Of a stretch of 64,000 nucleotides of DNA, positions 1 to 11,608 are shown piece after piece. Source of the DNA: a virus (lineage: Duplodnaviria > Caudoviricetes); IMG/VR virus record IMGVR_UViG_3300042870_001240. One strand, given 5' to 3'. Made by a program: the position numbers and the translations under genes. The notes below the pieces were generated by a model. That model made no database searches and was not told the DNA's origin. It saw only the letters and a program-made list of their open reading frames with translations. Positions within the stretch are counted from its first letter, which is position 1; each line of letters opens with the position of its first letter.

Positions 1-380
1 CATATTATTTATTAAATAAAATTATTGGTAAAGAGGCTCGAGAAAAGTTAAAAGAAATTGATGTTATTGAAGTGTTCGCATTGGCTTACATGAGAGGAAT
101 GAATATTGATAATTCAATTCTCATTTTTGAGGAGGGTCAAAACTCATCTCCAAGTCAAATGAAACTATTATTAACTCGAATAGGTTTTAACAGTAAATTT
201 TTTATTTCTGGTGATGTTGAGCAATCTGATAAATACAAAAATAAGACTCAGAGCGGTCTATGGGACGCAATCGAAAAATTTAGAGATGGTAATGACATAT
301 CTGTTTTTGAATTTAAAGATAAGAACGATATTGTTAGAAATAAGTTGATAAGTAAAATTTTAGATAAATACGAAGAATAA
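1..380 (+). CDS. phoH: PhoH-family ATPase (5' partial)
   Basis: Frame is open back to the window start; AYMRG...IFEEGQN...LLLTRIG...GDVEQSD motifs. Confidence 0.9.
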   Translation, partial: YYLLNKIIGKEAREKLKEIDVIEVFALAYMRGMNIDNSILIFEEGQNSSPSQMKLLLTRIGFNSKFFISGDVEQSDKYKNKTQSGLWDAIEKFRDGNDISVFEFKDKNDIVRNKLISKILDKYEE

Positions 381-982
381 TGAGGATTGGTATTGAAATA
401 AATGGGGTTCTAAGGAACACAATTGGTAAGATTGAACAGACATATCAAAAATTTTTAATTGATAAAACAGATGGTATTGAAAATAAGGACTCATTTGAAT
501 ATGGAATGACTTTACCTGTCGATAGTTTGGTTTTAAAAAACCATTTTAAATTCGAAAATGATGAGGAGTTATTTTCATTTTTATATGAAGAATTTCCAAT
601 GGAAATTTTTGGTCACGCTCAATCATCAGAATATTCAACATTTAACGATTTAAATGACGTATATATTAATCTACGAGATAATCACGATTTGATTATTGTT
701 TCGGACGAAATTGGTAAATCTAAACCGGCATCTTTATTTTTCATATCTAAGTTTGGTTGTCAGTTAGAAAAAATAAAATTTTATAGTAATTATACAATTA
801 ATTCTATGTGGGATGAAATTGACCTTTTACTTACATCAAATCCCGCATTATTATTAGAATATCCGTCAGATAAAATACTAATTAAATACGAAACTGACTA
901 TAATAAAAACATAAAAACTTCCCATTGTATTAAATCACTTAAGGAATTGGAAGACAAATTAAAAGAGATTATAACATGTTAA
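380..982 (+). CDS. HAD-fold 5'(3')-nucleotidase-like protein with atypical motif I
   Basis: N-terminal IGIEINGVLRN resembles HAD IGIDIDGV. Confidence 0.6.
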   Translation: MRIGIEINGVLRNTIGKIEQTYQKFLIDKTDGIENKDSFEYGMTLPVDSLVLKNHFKFENDEELFSFLYEEFPMEIFGHAQSSEYSTFNDLNDVYINLRDNHDLIIVSDEIGKSKPASLFFISKFGCQLEKIKFYSNYTINSMWDEIDLLLTSNPALLLEYPSDKILIKYETDYNKNIKTSHCIKSLKELEDKLKEIITC

Positions 983-1245
983 AAATATTAGGAGAACACT
1001 ATTACTTAGATTTGGAAAAAATCGAGGAGTTCACAAATGTAACTCCATCAGAAAGTTTTACGGGTGTTTCTGAAAATCATATAAGCGTTGTTAAGTATGA
1101 TATAATTAAACTACTTATTGAAATTTTAATGAGCGAAAATGAACAGATTGATGAGACATTAGGTATAAAAAGTAAGGAGGTGACCATACCATTTAAACTA
1201 GCATTTAATAGTTTGATAAATAAAAAATTAATAAACAAATACTAA
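976..1245 (+). CDS. hypothetical protein
   Basis: ORF overlapping the upstream gene, operon-like packing. Confidence 0.7.
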   Translation: MLKILGEHYYLDLEKIEEFTNVTPSESFTGVSENHISVVKYDIIKLLIEILMSENEQIDETLGIKSKEVTIPFKLAFNSLINKKLINKY

Positions 1246-1249
1246 AAAT

Positions 1250-2308
1250 ATGAATCAAGAACAAATTAAAAAAGTAGAAAAATCAATTCAGAACATGAAA
1301 GATAAAAAATCAAAAATTTATCTTTTAGTTCAAGACACTAAAGGTCACGCCAAAGCGTCGATTGCCTATAGTTACCGTTTAGGTATGACCCTATCAAAAA
1401 AAGGATATAATATGATTATGTTACATGAAAAATCGGATTATACGGGTGTTTCGGAATGGTTAGGTGGTGAATATATGGAATTACCTCATCAACCAATTGA
1501 AGGTCAAAACTTAGAAGTTTCTCCTGAGGATTTTATAATTATTCCTGAACTTTATGGGTTCGTTATGAGTCAAATCACAAAATTACCTTGTGGTAAAATT
1601 GTTTTGTGTCAATCATATGACCATATGTTAGAAACATTACAACCAGGACAAACTTGGGCACAATTAGGGTTTTATAAATGTATCACAACTTCTGAAGCCC
1701 AAAAAGAATACATCTCAAATGTTATGAGAGGAGTATCTATCGATATTATCCCACCATATATTTCCGAAAATTTTAGATTACAAACATTACCACCAAAACC
1801 GATGATTGCTATTCACTCTAGAGAACAAAGAGACACCGCAAACATTATTAAAAACTTTTATATTAAATTTCCTCAATATAGATGGATAACATTTAGAGAT
1901 ATGAGAGGACTAACCGAAAAACAATTTGCGGACGCACTACAAGACTGTTTTCTATCGGTGTGGGTGGATGAAACAAGTTCTTTTGGTACCTTCCCTCTTG
2001 AGTCAATGAAATCAAATGTTCCTGTATTGGGTTTAGTACCTAATCTTGTACCATCATGGATGAATGAAGACAACGGTCTTTGGATTAATAATAAAAATCA
2101 AATAGTAGACTTTGTTGCGGACTTTTTACAAAATTGGCTTGAGGATAATGTTAATGAAAAAATGTATGAGTCAATGTCATTAACTGTAAACGAATCAAGT
2201 TCAAAAACAGATTTTGAAAATACGGTAACTTCCCTTTTTGACGGATTCCTTCAAACAAGATTAAATTCTTTTGAAGAACAATTAAATAAACTAGAACCAA
2301 CAGAATAA
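1250..2308 (+). CDS. GT-B (GT4-like) glycosyltransferase
   Basis: C-terminal ETSSFGTFPLESMKSNVPV matches the GT-B E-x7-E nucleotide-sugar motif. Confidence 0.7.
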   Translation: MNQEQIKKVEKSIQNMKDKKSKIYLLVQDTKGHAKASIAYSYRLGMTLSKKGYNMIMLHEKSDYTGVSEWLGGEYMELPHQPIEGQNLEVSPEDFIIIPELYGFVMSQITKLPCGKIVLCQSYDHMLETLQPGQTWAQLGFYKCITTSEAQKEYISNVMRGVSIDIIPPYISENFRLQTLPPKPMIAIHSREQRDTANIIKNFYIKFPQYRWITFRDMRGLTEKQFADALQDCFLSVWVDETSSFGTFPLESMKSNVPVLGLVPNLVPSWMNEDNGLWINNKNQIVDFVADFLQNWLEDNVNEKMYESMSLTVNESSSKTDFENTVTSLFDGFLQTRLNSFEEQLNKLEPTE

Positions 2309-2331
2309 AAAAAAAAACAAAAATATATAAT

Positions 2332-3135
2332 ATGGAAAATTTTGATGTATCAGTAATACTACCAATTAAATCGTCTAAAGCAAACGGATTTACGGACTAT
2401 TTTGAAAAAGCAATTACTTCTCTTAAAAACCAAACAAAAAAAATAAATGAACTAATAATTGTTCATACTGATGAAACATCTTTAGTTGAGTTTTTAAATA
2501 GTTTTGATTTTGGGGATTTAAAGGTAAATAAAATTGTTTGGACTAAAGACCCTAATTTCTCAGAACAAGTAAATCATGGTGTTAGGTCATCAGAATCTAA
2601 ATGGGTTTCATTATTCGAGTTTGATGATGAATATTCAAACATTTGGTTTAAAAATGTTGAGAAATATACAATCGCACATCCTGAAGTTGACGCGTTCTTA
2701 CCTATCGTTATTGATACGGACGAAAAAGGTCAATTTGCGGGTTTTACCAACGAAGCAACTTTCGCATTAAATATTGCGGCGGAAATGGGTGTCTTAAGTA
2801 ATGAAACACTTCAAACATACCAAAACTTCCAAATTTCAGGAATGGTTATTAAAAAATCATCGTTTATTGATTTTGGTTTATTAAAACCGTCTTTTAAATT
2901 AACATTTGGTTATGAGTTCTTTTTAAGAATGACAAATAATTCGGTAAAAATCATGTCTATACCTAAAATTGGTTATAAACATATTAATTTACGTGAAGGG
3001 TCAATTTTTTGGAACTATAAGAATGGTGATGACAATCTAACAGATGAAGAAGTTAGATTTTGGGTAGAGTCGGCGAAAAAAGAATATTTCTTTATCAATG
3101 ATAGGTCCATAAAATATGAACCCCAAACAGTTTAA
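2332..3135 (+). CDS. GT-A (GT2-like) glycosyltransferase
   Basis: VSVILPI start, NHGV, EFDD DxD-like motif. Confidence 0.75.
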   Translation: MENFDVSVILPIKSSKANGFTDYFEKAITSLKNQTKKINELIIVHTDETSLVEFLNSFDFGDLKVNKIVWTKDPNFSEQVNHGVRSSESKWVSLFEFDDEYSNIWFKNVEKYTIAHPEVDAFLPIVIDTDEKGQFAGFTNEATFALNIAAEMGVLSNETLQTYQNFQISGMVIKKSSFIDFGLLKPSFKLTFGYEFFLRMTNNSVKIMSIPKIGYKHINLREGSIFWNYKNGDDNLTDEEVRFWVESAKKEYFFINDRSIKYEPQTV

Positions 3136-3884
3136 TGAGCGAAATACTAATTTTATCAGGCTCGACAGATACAGATTTAAAAAAGAAAGGAAGGAAACCA
3201 AAACAAGCAAATTATTTTGATGTCCGAGAAGAAATGGCTGTGGTAAGATTTTTATCAACCGAATCCTCAGAAGAAAAAAATAAAATCTACAATGAGTTTT
3301 TAAGACACCCTTTAGACAAGATGATTTCCTCAATTATTAGGAGATATAAATTGTATCGTAAAGATATGGACTTCATAGAAATCCATACTGACACACATTC
3401 TTTTCTAATGACAAAAATAGATAAGTTTAAACCCGCGAAGGAAAAAAAGGCTTACTCATATTTTGGAACTATTTGTAAGAATTATTTAATGGGTCAAATA
3501 ATTAAAGACCAAAAGGAAACTAATCGAAAAATTTCATATGAAGATATTTCAACAAGTATTGAAAATAGTCCTGAATTTTCATACCTAATGGATAAGGATT
3601 CGGTTAACTCAGAACAAATAATTAAAAATTTCTTAAGGGAATTAGATAAATTTTTAACTGAGCAAACGTTAAATGAAAATGAGATTAAATTAGGACACGC
3701 GTTATACGACCTATTCAATGACTATGAAAACATTTTTGTTGGGGCATCAAATAACAAATTCAATAAAAATATAATACTCTTATCCTTGAGAGAAATGACT
3801 AATCTATCAACAAAAGAGATACGTAGTTCTATGAAAAAATATAGAATCATATATCTTAACTTAGTTGAAAAAATGGCACAATAA
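3135..3884 (+). CDS. RNA polymerase sigma factor, T4 gp55-like (late sigma)
   Basis: Region-2-like KIDKFKP...AYSYFGTICKNYL. Confidence 0.6.
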   Translation: MSEILILSGSTDTDLKKKGRKPKQANYFDVREEMAVVRFLSTESSEEKNKIYNEFLRHPLDKMISSIIRRYKLYRKDMDFIEIHTDTHSFLMTKIDKFKPAKEKKAYSYFGTICKNYLMGQIIKDQKETNRKISYEDISTSIENSPEFSYLMDKDSVNSEQIIKNFLRELDKFLTEQTLNENEIKLGHALYDLFNDYENIFVGASNNKFNKNIILLSLREMTNLSTKEIRSSMKKYRIIYLNLVEKMAQ

Positions 3885-3911
3885 AAAAACAAGGGTCAAA
3901 TATTTATTGTA

Positions 3912-4283
3912 ATGGGAAGACCACAAAAAAAAGAGATTAATTTAACGAAAGAGTCAATTCTTTCTTTATTACAAGAAATTTACAATGAACTTGTAGAACA
4001 ACGTAATACTGCTATAAGAATCCAAAACAAAATGTTAGCGATGATGAAAGAACCTGAGGATATGACTCTTATTGGTCCTGTTATTGAAAAACAACAAAAA
4101 ATAATTAATGACTGTGTCGAGAAAAAATTATCTTTATCTAAATTACAATCATCAATTTGGGAAAAATCAAACTCAACAGTAGAATCATTCTCAATATCAG
4201 ACTTAAATATGGATGATGATATTATCCAAAATTTAATTGAAAAAGATATTGCTAAAAATGACACATATAAAATGAAAAAATAA
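3912..4283 (+). CDS. hypothetical coiled-coil protein
   Basis: ORF preceded by TATTTAT (3901-3907). Confidence 0.7.
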   Translation: MGRPQKKEINLTKESILSLLQEIYNELVEQRNTAIRIQNKMLAMMKEPEDMTLIGPVIEKQQKIINDCVEKKLSLSKLQSSIWEKSNSTVESFSISDLNMDDDIIQNLIEKDIAKNDTYKMKK

Positions 4284-4285
4284 TT

Positions 4286-6211
4286 ATGAGTTTAGACCTT
4301 AATGCCGATTATAAAAAAGTACAAGATAAAGTTTCCGCAACTAAATCGTACACTGAAGCAAAAAAACAATACAACTCGGCAAAAAAAAAGGCAGGAGAAA
4401 GTTTTGATGATAAAAAATCAGATGTTACTCAAAGTATTAATAAGGTAAAAGAACAAACTAAACGTTTTGAAAAACAAATTAAAAACCAATTTGAACAATT
4501 ATTAGATATTAATAATACTACTGGTGGTAAGGGGAGTAATTCAATTAAATACGTTAAAAAATTATTACTACAAACTTTAAAAAATATTGAGCCAAAAATT
4601 TTAGAAATTCTTAATGAAGAGTCGTTAAATGCCGTTGGTTGTGACCAACAACAAATGTTTAATGCACAAAATATATACATAAAGGTATCATCAATTGACC
4701 TTGGAGGACTATTAAAAAAAGACCCAACGGAACCTATTGGTAAAGTATTATATGAAAAAGACCCAATACAAATCCAACAATACCCATTCTCTTTAAATAA
4801 GGAACTTTATAGACGAATTGAAAGTGGTCAACCATACTCGGTTGATAATGGTCAATTATATATAGGACGGTCAGGTCAAAACCTTTTTGACATACAATAT
4901 GTTGAGACGGATAACTTAGGACAAACAGGTCCTTGGTATAAAGTAACACTGGTAAATAGAGTAAATAATATAAATAAGGTGGGGGAATTTATGGTTGACT
5001 ATTATAAGACAATTAAAATAGTTGATTATCATAATATAATGGCGTCAATAATGGAGTCCTTATCAGGCGCAATCTCCATTCAAGCAAATGTTGGTTTAGT
5101 TCAAGCGGAGGACGCAACAAAATTTCAATTAATTCTACAAAGGATATTAGGTCTTTGTTTTGATAATAAAACTGAGATTGATGTTAGTGGTGTTGCAAAA
5201 GTTGCAGAATTAGACGGAGTAGACGATGCGTTTTTTGAATTTACTGAAATAGATTTAAGGAATATTGATTTAAAAGTAAATAACATTAAAAATGGTGTTG
5301 TCGAATATGAAAATTGTGATAACGTTAAATTACCTGTCAATTCTGTTGCGGTATTAAATTCCTTAGAGAATTTATTATACATTCCCGATAATGATTTGGT
5401 AAACGCCGCAGATACGTTAACACAATCTCTTACGGATAATCCTGAGTGGTCAGGATTAGCAATTTCGGGTAATATAAATGCCGCAGTTAACCTTAATTTT
5501 GTAAAATTACTTACACAAGGTTTAGTGACCGCAATTCTATCACCAAAAATTCTTCTCCCAATTTTTACTATGTTAAAATCTTTGGGAAATACTGTTACCG
5601 ACAAAATTAATTCTTTTATAGATTTTGCCAAAAACTTTAAAAGTTTTGTTTTCAATTTAGTTTCTAAAATAGGAGGGTTATTTGTTAAAGAATTATTTGA
5701 ATTAATTAAAAAAGATATTAAAAATTTAATTCAACAAGTCATCATGGATGTTGCTAAAGAAACAAAGGATAAAAGAATTATAATTATTTTAAAGTTAATC
5801 CAGTTATTATTAATCATCACACAATTTATTAGTGATTGGAGGAAATGTAAAAGCGTTGTTGACGAACTATTATGGTTATTAAAAGTCTCCACCTCAGGAT
5901 TTAACGCTGCAGGAGCATTTTCAGCAAAAGGTCTACCTTTACCTTTATTATTTGCATCACAGTTAATGGAAGGGTATTCAGAATCAAGGGCATTTCTTGG
6001 AGCTATTGAGGAAATGCAGAAGTTAGGTATTCCAACAGGACCTATGCCTGATGGTAGTCCTAACTTAGAAGTTTTAAGTAAATTTGCTCAGATGAAAGCC
6101 ATGGCGAATGAAGAAGCCGAAAATGGTAAAGTACAAATTGCCGTTGGTCCATTAAGTATAACACCCGCAGGTTTAACAGTACCCGCAAGCGCTTTCGGTA
6201 AAAAATTATAA
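4286..6211 (+). CDS. large hypothetical protein, probably virion structural
   Basis: 641-aa ORF in the late operon upstream of the baseplate spike gene. Confidence 0.6.
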   Translation: MSLDLNADYKKVQDKVSATKSYTEAKKQYNSAKKKAGESFDDKKSDVTQSINKVKEQTKRFEKQIKNQFEQLLDINNTTGGKGSNSIKYVKKLLLQTLKNIEPKILEILNEESLNAVGCDQQQMFNAQNIYIKVSSIDLGGLLKKDPTEPIGKVLYEKDPIQIQQYPFSLNKELYRRIESGQPYSVDNGQLYIGRSGQNLFDIQYVETDNLGQTGPWYKVTLVNRVNNINKVGEFMVDYYKTIKIVDYHNIMASIMESLSGAISIQANVGLVQAEDATKFQLILQRILGLCFDNKTEIDVSGVAKVAELDGVDDAFFEFTEIDLRNIDLKVNNIKNGVVEYENCDNVKLPVNSVAVLNSLENLLYIPDNDLVNAADTLTQSLTDNPEWSGLAISGNINAAVNLNFVKLLTQGLVTAILSPKILLPIFTMLKSLGNTVTDKINSFIDFAKNFKSFVFNLVSKIGGLFVKELFELIKKDIKNLIQQVIMDVAKETKDKRIIIILKLIQLLLIITQFISDWRKCKSVVDELLWLLKVSTSGFNAAGAFSAKGLPLPLLFASQLMEGYSESRAFLGAIEEMQKLGIPTGPMPDGSPNLEVLSKFAQMKAMANEEAENGKVQIAVGPLSITPAGLTVPASAFGKKL

Positions 6212-6213
6212 TT

Positions 6214-6435
6214 ATGACGAAAAAAGAGACTTCCGAAAAGGCTTTAAACATTATTAAAGAATATAAAACAAAATCAAACAAAGATTTAATATTTGTCATG
6301 GACATTATTCAAAAAGACTTTAATGTGACTAAAGAAACATTACTTAAGTTAACTCATCATATTGATAAGTTAGAATCAACTTACGACTTAATATTAAAAG
6401 AATTCGAATCAAGAACAAAGAATGGACGCAATTAA
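6214..6435 (+). CDS. hypothetical protein
   Basis: Tightly packed ORF. Confidence 0.6.
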   Translation: MTKKETSEKALNIIKEYKTKSNKDLIFVMDIIQKDFNVTKETLLKLTHHIDKLESTYDLILKEFESRTKNGRN

Positions 6436-7993
6436 TAGAGACCAAATAATATTTCCTGGGATTGTCTATGACGACCAAGACCCAATGATGTTGGGTAGAC
6501 TTCGTGTTATACCCGAAACAAAAGACTACGCATCAATTATTAAGGCGGTGCCTAATTGGAATGAAGAAACGGATATATGGTCTAGTAAAGACCCTATCAT
6601 TTTTTTACCGTTATTGCCATTTTATATCAGCCAAACCCCAAAAAAAAATGAATATGTTCATATAATTTACCAAGATAAAAATTTTGTTTTTCAAAACCAA
6701 TTTTATATTCAAGGACCATTCTCATCACCAATGACAACTCCTTTTGAAAATTATCAGGGGGCAAAAAAGTTTCTTTCGGCAGGTGATAGAATCAAACAAG
6801 GTAGAAGTATTAAAAATCTTGATGGGACTTATCGAGACATAAATAGTTACGGTGTTTTTCCTGAACCTGGAGATAATTCTCTTTTAGGTAGAGGAAGTGC
6901 CGATGTTGTTGTAAAAGAGAATGAAGTTTTAATAAGAGCAGGAAAAACTAAAACATTATCTAAAGACGAATTCCCTATTGGAAATCAATTTAGGTCATTT
7001 TTACAATTATCTAACTTTACCCAAACAAAGGTTTTAGGGGAACCTCAAACTGAAACCAAATTACAAGAAATTGTTAAAGTTGTTAAAAAAATGGTCATAT
7101 GGAATATCGATAATCTTGAAAATTCCCAAGACGTTTTTAATGGGACTGTGGGTTTATATAACGTATTACCAACCTCCGATATAGTAAACACTCAAAACTT
7201 TAAACCTAACACCATAACTAAATTAAGTATCGGAACTAACTATACAGGACCATTAGAGGAGTTTAAATTTACTAATGTTTCGTTTGACGATGCGGTTTAT
7301 TTAATCAATAAATTTGTATCAGGGTTGTTTGAGGGTTACTTAGATATAACGGGATATACGATTAATAACCAACAAAACTTTTCTAACGACTCGTTCCCAT
7401 TCATTGTAACCCCATCAAAATTAACGTATGAGACAGGAATTAAATTCTCAAACTCTACAACGGTCGATGATGTTACTGAATTAGGTAATTATGTTAGATT
7501 TTATTCTAAAATAAAATTATCTACGGGTAAAGTGACTAGTGGGTTTTTCTTGGTATCTGAGAATAAAAACGGTAAACCATTAATAGGTCCTCAATCCATG
7601 ATTAAAAAGGAAAGATACACACCAGCAGAATTTACCCCATCATCAATTACTTATGGAGTGTTAGGTGCTCAACGAGTTTATTTATTATCACAAGACTCAA
7701 CGGGACCTAAAGGTCAGATTAGTTTACAACAAACTTTATATGGGATTCCTCAAGACAAATTTATTGGGGACGAAAAAAGTCTGTCAAACATAACATACCC
7801 TTCTGTAAGAGGAGATGTATTAATTAGTTTACTTAGAAAAATAGTTTCATATGTTAAAGGACATGTTCATGCAATTTCGACAGTACCACCTATTCCTGTA
7901 GCCGCAGGTAATGGTCAGACCACAACAGAGATTGACCAAATACTTGCCGACGCTGAAAATTCAATCTTAAATCAAAATATCCGAATTAATTGA
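6422..7993 (+). CDS. baseplate hub/spike protein (gp5/gpV-like OB fold)
   Basis: N-terminal [15 protein letters not shown]-fold motif; C-terminal GHVH typical of spike tips. Confidence 0.65.
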   Translation: MDAINRDQIIFPGIVYDDQDPMMLGRLRVIPETKDYASIIKAVPNWNEETDIWSSKDPIIFLPLLPFYISQTPKKNEYVHIIYQDKNFVFQNQFYIQGPFSSPMTTPFENYQGAKKFLSAGDRIKQGRSIKNLDGTYRDINSYGVFPEPGDNSLLGRGSADVVVKENEVLIRAGKTKTLSKDEFPIGNQFRSFLQLSNFTQTKVLGEPQTETKLQEIVKVVKKMVIWNIDNLENSQDVFNGTVGLYNVLPTSDIVNTQNFKPNTITKLSIGTNYTGPLEEFKFTNVSFDDAVYLINKFVSGLFEGYLDITGYTINNQQNFSNDSFPFIVTPSKLTYETGIKFSNSTTVDDVTELGNYVRFYSKIKLSTGKVTSGFFLVSENKNGKPLIGPQSMIKKERYTPAEFTPSSITYGVLGAQRVYLLSQDSTGPKGQISLQQTLYGIPQDKFIGDEKSLSNITYPSVRGDVLISLLRKIVSYVKGHVHAISTVPPIPVAAGNGQTTTEIDQILADAENSILNQNIRIN

Positions 7994-8014
7994 TATTTAT
8001 TGATAAAGTATTCA

Positions 8015-9499
8015 ATGTCAATTAACAATTCGTATTTCAGTAAAAATAACACGATAGTATCTAATAGTTTTACCAACACGGGGAGAAACCCTGTGACGGA
8101 ACTATTTTACGGCTCTTTGGCGACATCTCAGTTTCCAAATGGGTATAGTCGTTTCATTTTTGACTTAGACCTTTCATTATTAATGGAAAAGGTCTTTGAT
8201 GGTACTATCAGTACCACTTGTCCCGACACAACTAAACATACGTTAAGAATGACTAACACGTCATGGTTTAATGTTGAATTGTTGAACACTAAAACGTCTC
8301 AGACAAGAATGAGGGCTACTTCATTTGACCTAATCTTATTTAGAATTCCATATATTAATGATGACCCGACAACACCACAAGTGTGGGATGAAGGGGTTGG
8401 TTATGACTTTGCGGACTTAATCTATGAATATAGTAACTTTGATAAGAACTTCTCCGACAGACCATCTAATTGGGTTCAAACAACCACTATTGGAGTATGG
8501 ACTGAGCCTGGAATATATAACAACATGAATACCGCAACAGGTACAGGGGTTAATTATTCGGCAATAACTATTGTTGACACACAACATTTTGAGTTTGGTA
8601 ATGAGAACGTTAGTTTTGATATGACCGATGAAATTAATAATATACTAAATGGTAGTTTAACGAATATTTCAGGATGGGGAATTGCTTATAAACCTCAGGT
8701 TGAAAACTTAATAGGATTAACTGATGCGTATGAAGTACAATTTTTCACAAGACACACTCAAACATTCTACGAACCATTTTTAGAAACTAACTATAATGAC
8801 TTAATTGATGACGATAGAAATTTATTCACATTAGGTCACGTTAATAGACTTTATCTTTATCTATACGATAATGGTCAACCTGTTAATTTGGATTACTTAC
8901 CAAGTGTGGATTTATTAGACTCGTCAGGTAGTAAAATACCCGGACTAACAGGATTAACAACTTGTCAAAAAACTAAAGGGGTTTACGAAGTGGTAATACC
9001 ACCGTTATCTGGTTATAAAACACCTTGTACTTTCTCAGATAAATGGTATGACTTAAGTCTAAACGGATTTCTAATTCCACCAATAACTAATGACTTTACA
9101 TTATACCCATATAAAAATTCTATCCAAATAGGAACAACTTCGGTTGACCCTAAATTATACGGATTTGATTTTTATGGTATTAAACAAGATGAAAAAATCT
9201 TAAATACCGATATTAGAAAAGTTGGTGTGATAATCAAACAAGCTTACTCAACTCAAAAATTATTACAGAAAGTTGATTCTTATTATAGAGTTTATGTTAG
9301 AGAAGGTCAGACTGAAGTGCAAGTACAAGATTGGACAAAAATAAATAGGACTCCAAATGAGTATTATTTCATGTTTGATACAAGAGATAAAATACCGAAC
9401 GAATATTATGTGGATATAAAGGTCATTAGCAGTGGGGAAATAAATACTTACAAAAAACAAATCAAATTTCAGATTGTTAATGTGAAGTATTCAGAATAA
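8015..9499 (+). CDS. putative virion structural protein
   Basis: Beta-rich ~494 aa ORF after TATTTAT (7994-8000); start moved to first ATG. Confidence 0.55.
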   Translation: MSINNSYFSKNNTIVSNSFTNTGRNPVTELFYGSLATSQFPNGYSRFIFDLDLSLLMEKVFDGTISTTCPDTTKHTLRMTNTSWFNVELLNTKTSQTRMRATSFDLILFRIPYINDDPTTPQVWDEGVGYDFADLIYEYSNFDKNFSDRPSNWVQTTTIGVWTEPGIYNNMNTATGTGVNYSAITIVDTQHFEFGNENVSFDMTDEINNILNGSLTNISGWGIAYKPQVENLIGLTDAYEVQFFTRHTQTFYEPFLETNYNDLIDDDRNLFTLGHVNRLYLYLYDNGQPVNLDYLPSVDLLDSSGSKIPGLTGLTTCQKTKGVYEVVIPPLSGYKTPCTFSDKWYDLSLNGFLIPPITNDFTLYPYKNSIQIGTTSVDPKLYGFDFYGIKQDEKILNTDIRKVGVIIKQAYSTQKLLQKVDSYYRVYVREGQTEVQVQDWTKINRTPNEYYFMFDTRDKIPNEYYVDIKVISSGEINTYKKQIKFQIVNVKYSE

Positions 9500-9527
9500 A
9501 TAGATATTTATATAAAAACAAATTAAA

Positions 9528-9893
9528 ATGGCAAATATATATTACTCAGGAACATCTTGCATTGATGGCTCACCAATTGAAATTATTTCGGTTGAGGGTC
9601 TGTTAACTGGAAAAACATATCAAGAATTGAATTTAAATTGTGTTTCATTAACTTATAGTGCATCTACAAGTGGAGAAACTAACACAATATTCTTATATGG
9701 TCCGTTTGACGATTGTTCCGAATGTAACTCCCCATTATCCGCAGGAACCGAATATAATGTATGTATAATAGATTGTAGTGGTGACACTGTGTCTATAATA
9801 CCTCCACACCCTACTTGGACAAACGAACACGGTAAGGCGGTAGTTCTGTTAGATGCAATCGTATTAGGTGGAATGAACGGATTAAACTCGTAA
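9528..9893 (+). CDS. Cys-rich hypothetical protein
   Basis: ORF after TATTTAT (9505-9511). Confidence 0.6.
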   Translation: MANIYYSGTSCIDGSPIEIISVEGLLTGKTYQELNLNCVSLTYSASTSGETNTIFLYGPFDDCSECNSPLSAGTEYNVCIIDCSGDTVSIIPPHPTWTNEHGKAVVLLDAIVLGGMNGLNS

Positions 9894-9898
9894 ACAAT

Positions 9899-10210
9899 AT
9901 GAAAAAAATTGTTAAATTAACCGAATCTGATTTAAACCGACTTGTTAAAAGAATCATTAACGAACAAGAATTCGATGATGAAATTGGTAAACCTGAGTTT
10001 ACCGTAGAACCACATGTTAGAATGACCCCAAGAGAAAAAGATATCGAAGGGTTATTCGGGAAATATAGTGACCAAATTCCCGCAGATATCTTACGTTATA
10101 TGAGAAAAAATCCTCAATTGGTTATGGACAGATTGTCCGTTATCTATGGTAAAGATTTTTTACGATACGCCGATAATGCGTATATGAAAAACAATAAGTT
10201 TGATTTTTAA
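9899..10210 (+). CDS. putative internal head protein
   Basis: N-terminal KLTESDLNRLVKRIINEQ leader motif. Confidence 0.5.
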   Translation: MKKIVKLTESDLNRLVKRIINEQEFDDEIGKPEFTVEPHVRMTPREKDIEGLFGKYSDQIPADILRYMRKNPQLVMDRLSVIYGKDFLRYADNAYMKNNKFDF

Positions 10211-10267
10211 ATATTGGCTTTTATAATTAATATTTTTGTATATCTTTGTTAAAGATAAAAATAAACT

Positions 10268-10708
10268 ATGAAAAAAATATTTAAAAGGTTATATGTTAAA
10301 TGGGTTATTTGGACACGTTATAATGACATTAAAACCTTCGAAAAATTAACTGATAGCCAACGAATTTCTTTAGGGATTTGTCGTTCTTTAATAAATCACC
10401 CAAAATCAAAATTTCTTATAGCACCATTATCAGGTGAACGATTCATTAAAAATTCTCAATTAGGTTTATTCATTGTTCTTGATGATAGACATATTAGCGT
10501 CACTAATCATGTATATCATTATGATGTTACATTATACGAAAGAGAGTGGGATAGACTAACAAAGATGTATGATAATAAAACAGAAATTATTCGTCAACAA
10601 TATAAGGAAGAAATCACCTCTCAAATTAAATATTCTTTACGTACAATTTTAGATAACATTGAATCCTCAGAAAGAGTCTCTCAATACACTCTTGATGAAA
10701 TTTCTTAA
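10268..10708 (+). CDS. hypothetical protein (early-type promoter)
   Basis: TATCTTTG at 10241-10248. Confidence 0.65.
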   Translation: MKKIFKRLYVKWVIWTRYNDIKTFEKLTDSQRISLGICRSLINHPKSKFLIAPLSGERFIKNSQLGLFIVLDDRHISVTNHVYHYDVTLYEREWDRLTKMYDNKTEIIRQQYKEEITSQIKYSLRTILDNIESSERVSQYTLDEIS

Positions 10709-11329
10709 CGGATTTACCTCAACAGGTAGTATTTCAATCCACTCATTAACAGTATGAACATCGTGTTCAGGAGTATTGTAAGACCCATCAGAATTTTTTT
10801 CCCAAACACCAACAACTTTTTTAATATTGTTTTTTAATGTTTTTTGTTTTTTCTTATGGTTAAATTCAGTATCAACAAACTCTTGGAATGGACCTAAATG
10901 TTCTTTCCTCCATTTTTTTAGTCCAATCTCTATAGGCCCATTATACAATCCTGAAGTAATTGTGGAACCAGCCTCTTTAATTGGGACCATTTTAAAACCT
11001 TTACCAGGCGTTTGATTAATATTATTACCATCATCATCACTTGTGGTTAAGTTAGGATGTTTCTTAAGATAGTCAGATTCTTTCTTGGCTTTACGTTCAA
11101 TCTTAGAGATTTGTTTTTTAGGTAAACTCATTTTACCATCATAACTATCATACGCCAACATTGCGTCATTATACTTCGATACAGGGATGTTAAAAGGTTG
11201 TAGGTCAGTCTTACTGAACTCCTTTGTTCCAGGTTGCATTGGACCAACATATGACCCTCTACCACCACCATCACTTGTCGCTTCTTTGATGAGTTCTTGT
11301 TTTAACTTGTTTAAAATATCTATTAACAT
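10667..11329 (-). CDS. hypothetical late protein
   Basis: ORF with sense-strand TATTTAT at 11353-11359; LIKEA motif. Confidence 0.65.
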   Translation of the reverse strand: MLIDILNKLKQELIKEATSDGGGRGSYVGPMQPGTKEFSKTDLQPFNIPVSKYNDAMLAYDSYDGKMSLPKKQISKIERKAKKESDYLKKHPNLTTSDDDGNNINQTPGKGFKMVPIKEAGSTITSGLYNGPIEIGLKKWRKEHLGPFQEFVDTEFNHKKKQKTLKNNIKKVVGVWEKNSDGSYNTPEHDVHTVNEWIEILPVEVNPLRNFIKSVLRDSF

Positions 11330-11374
11330 TCTGAAAATTATTACTTATACTTATAAATATCTTATACTATTAAA

Positions 11375-11608
11375 ATGGAAGAACAAAAACTATTTGGAAA
11401 ATTATTTAACACCATACCTCTATTAAGTGAGGACCATTTGGATGTATTACTACAGACAATGGATAAGGATTCCTCATTATACCTTCTAATTCAGTCAGTT
11501 AAATATGCTCATGAATCGGGCGTATATTCTTTGGGTGAATCAGAAGTAATCTCAAAATGTATTAGAACATTATCAAAAATTGAAGTACCAACTGAAGATA
11601 AGGAATAA
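11375..11608 (+). CDS. hypothetical protein
   Basis: ORF ending at a bidirectional terminator. Confidence 0.55.
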   Translation: MEEQKLFGKLFNTIPLLSEDHLDVLLQTMDKDSSLYLLIQSVKYAHESGVYSLGESEVISKCIRTLSKIEVPTEDKE

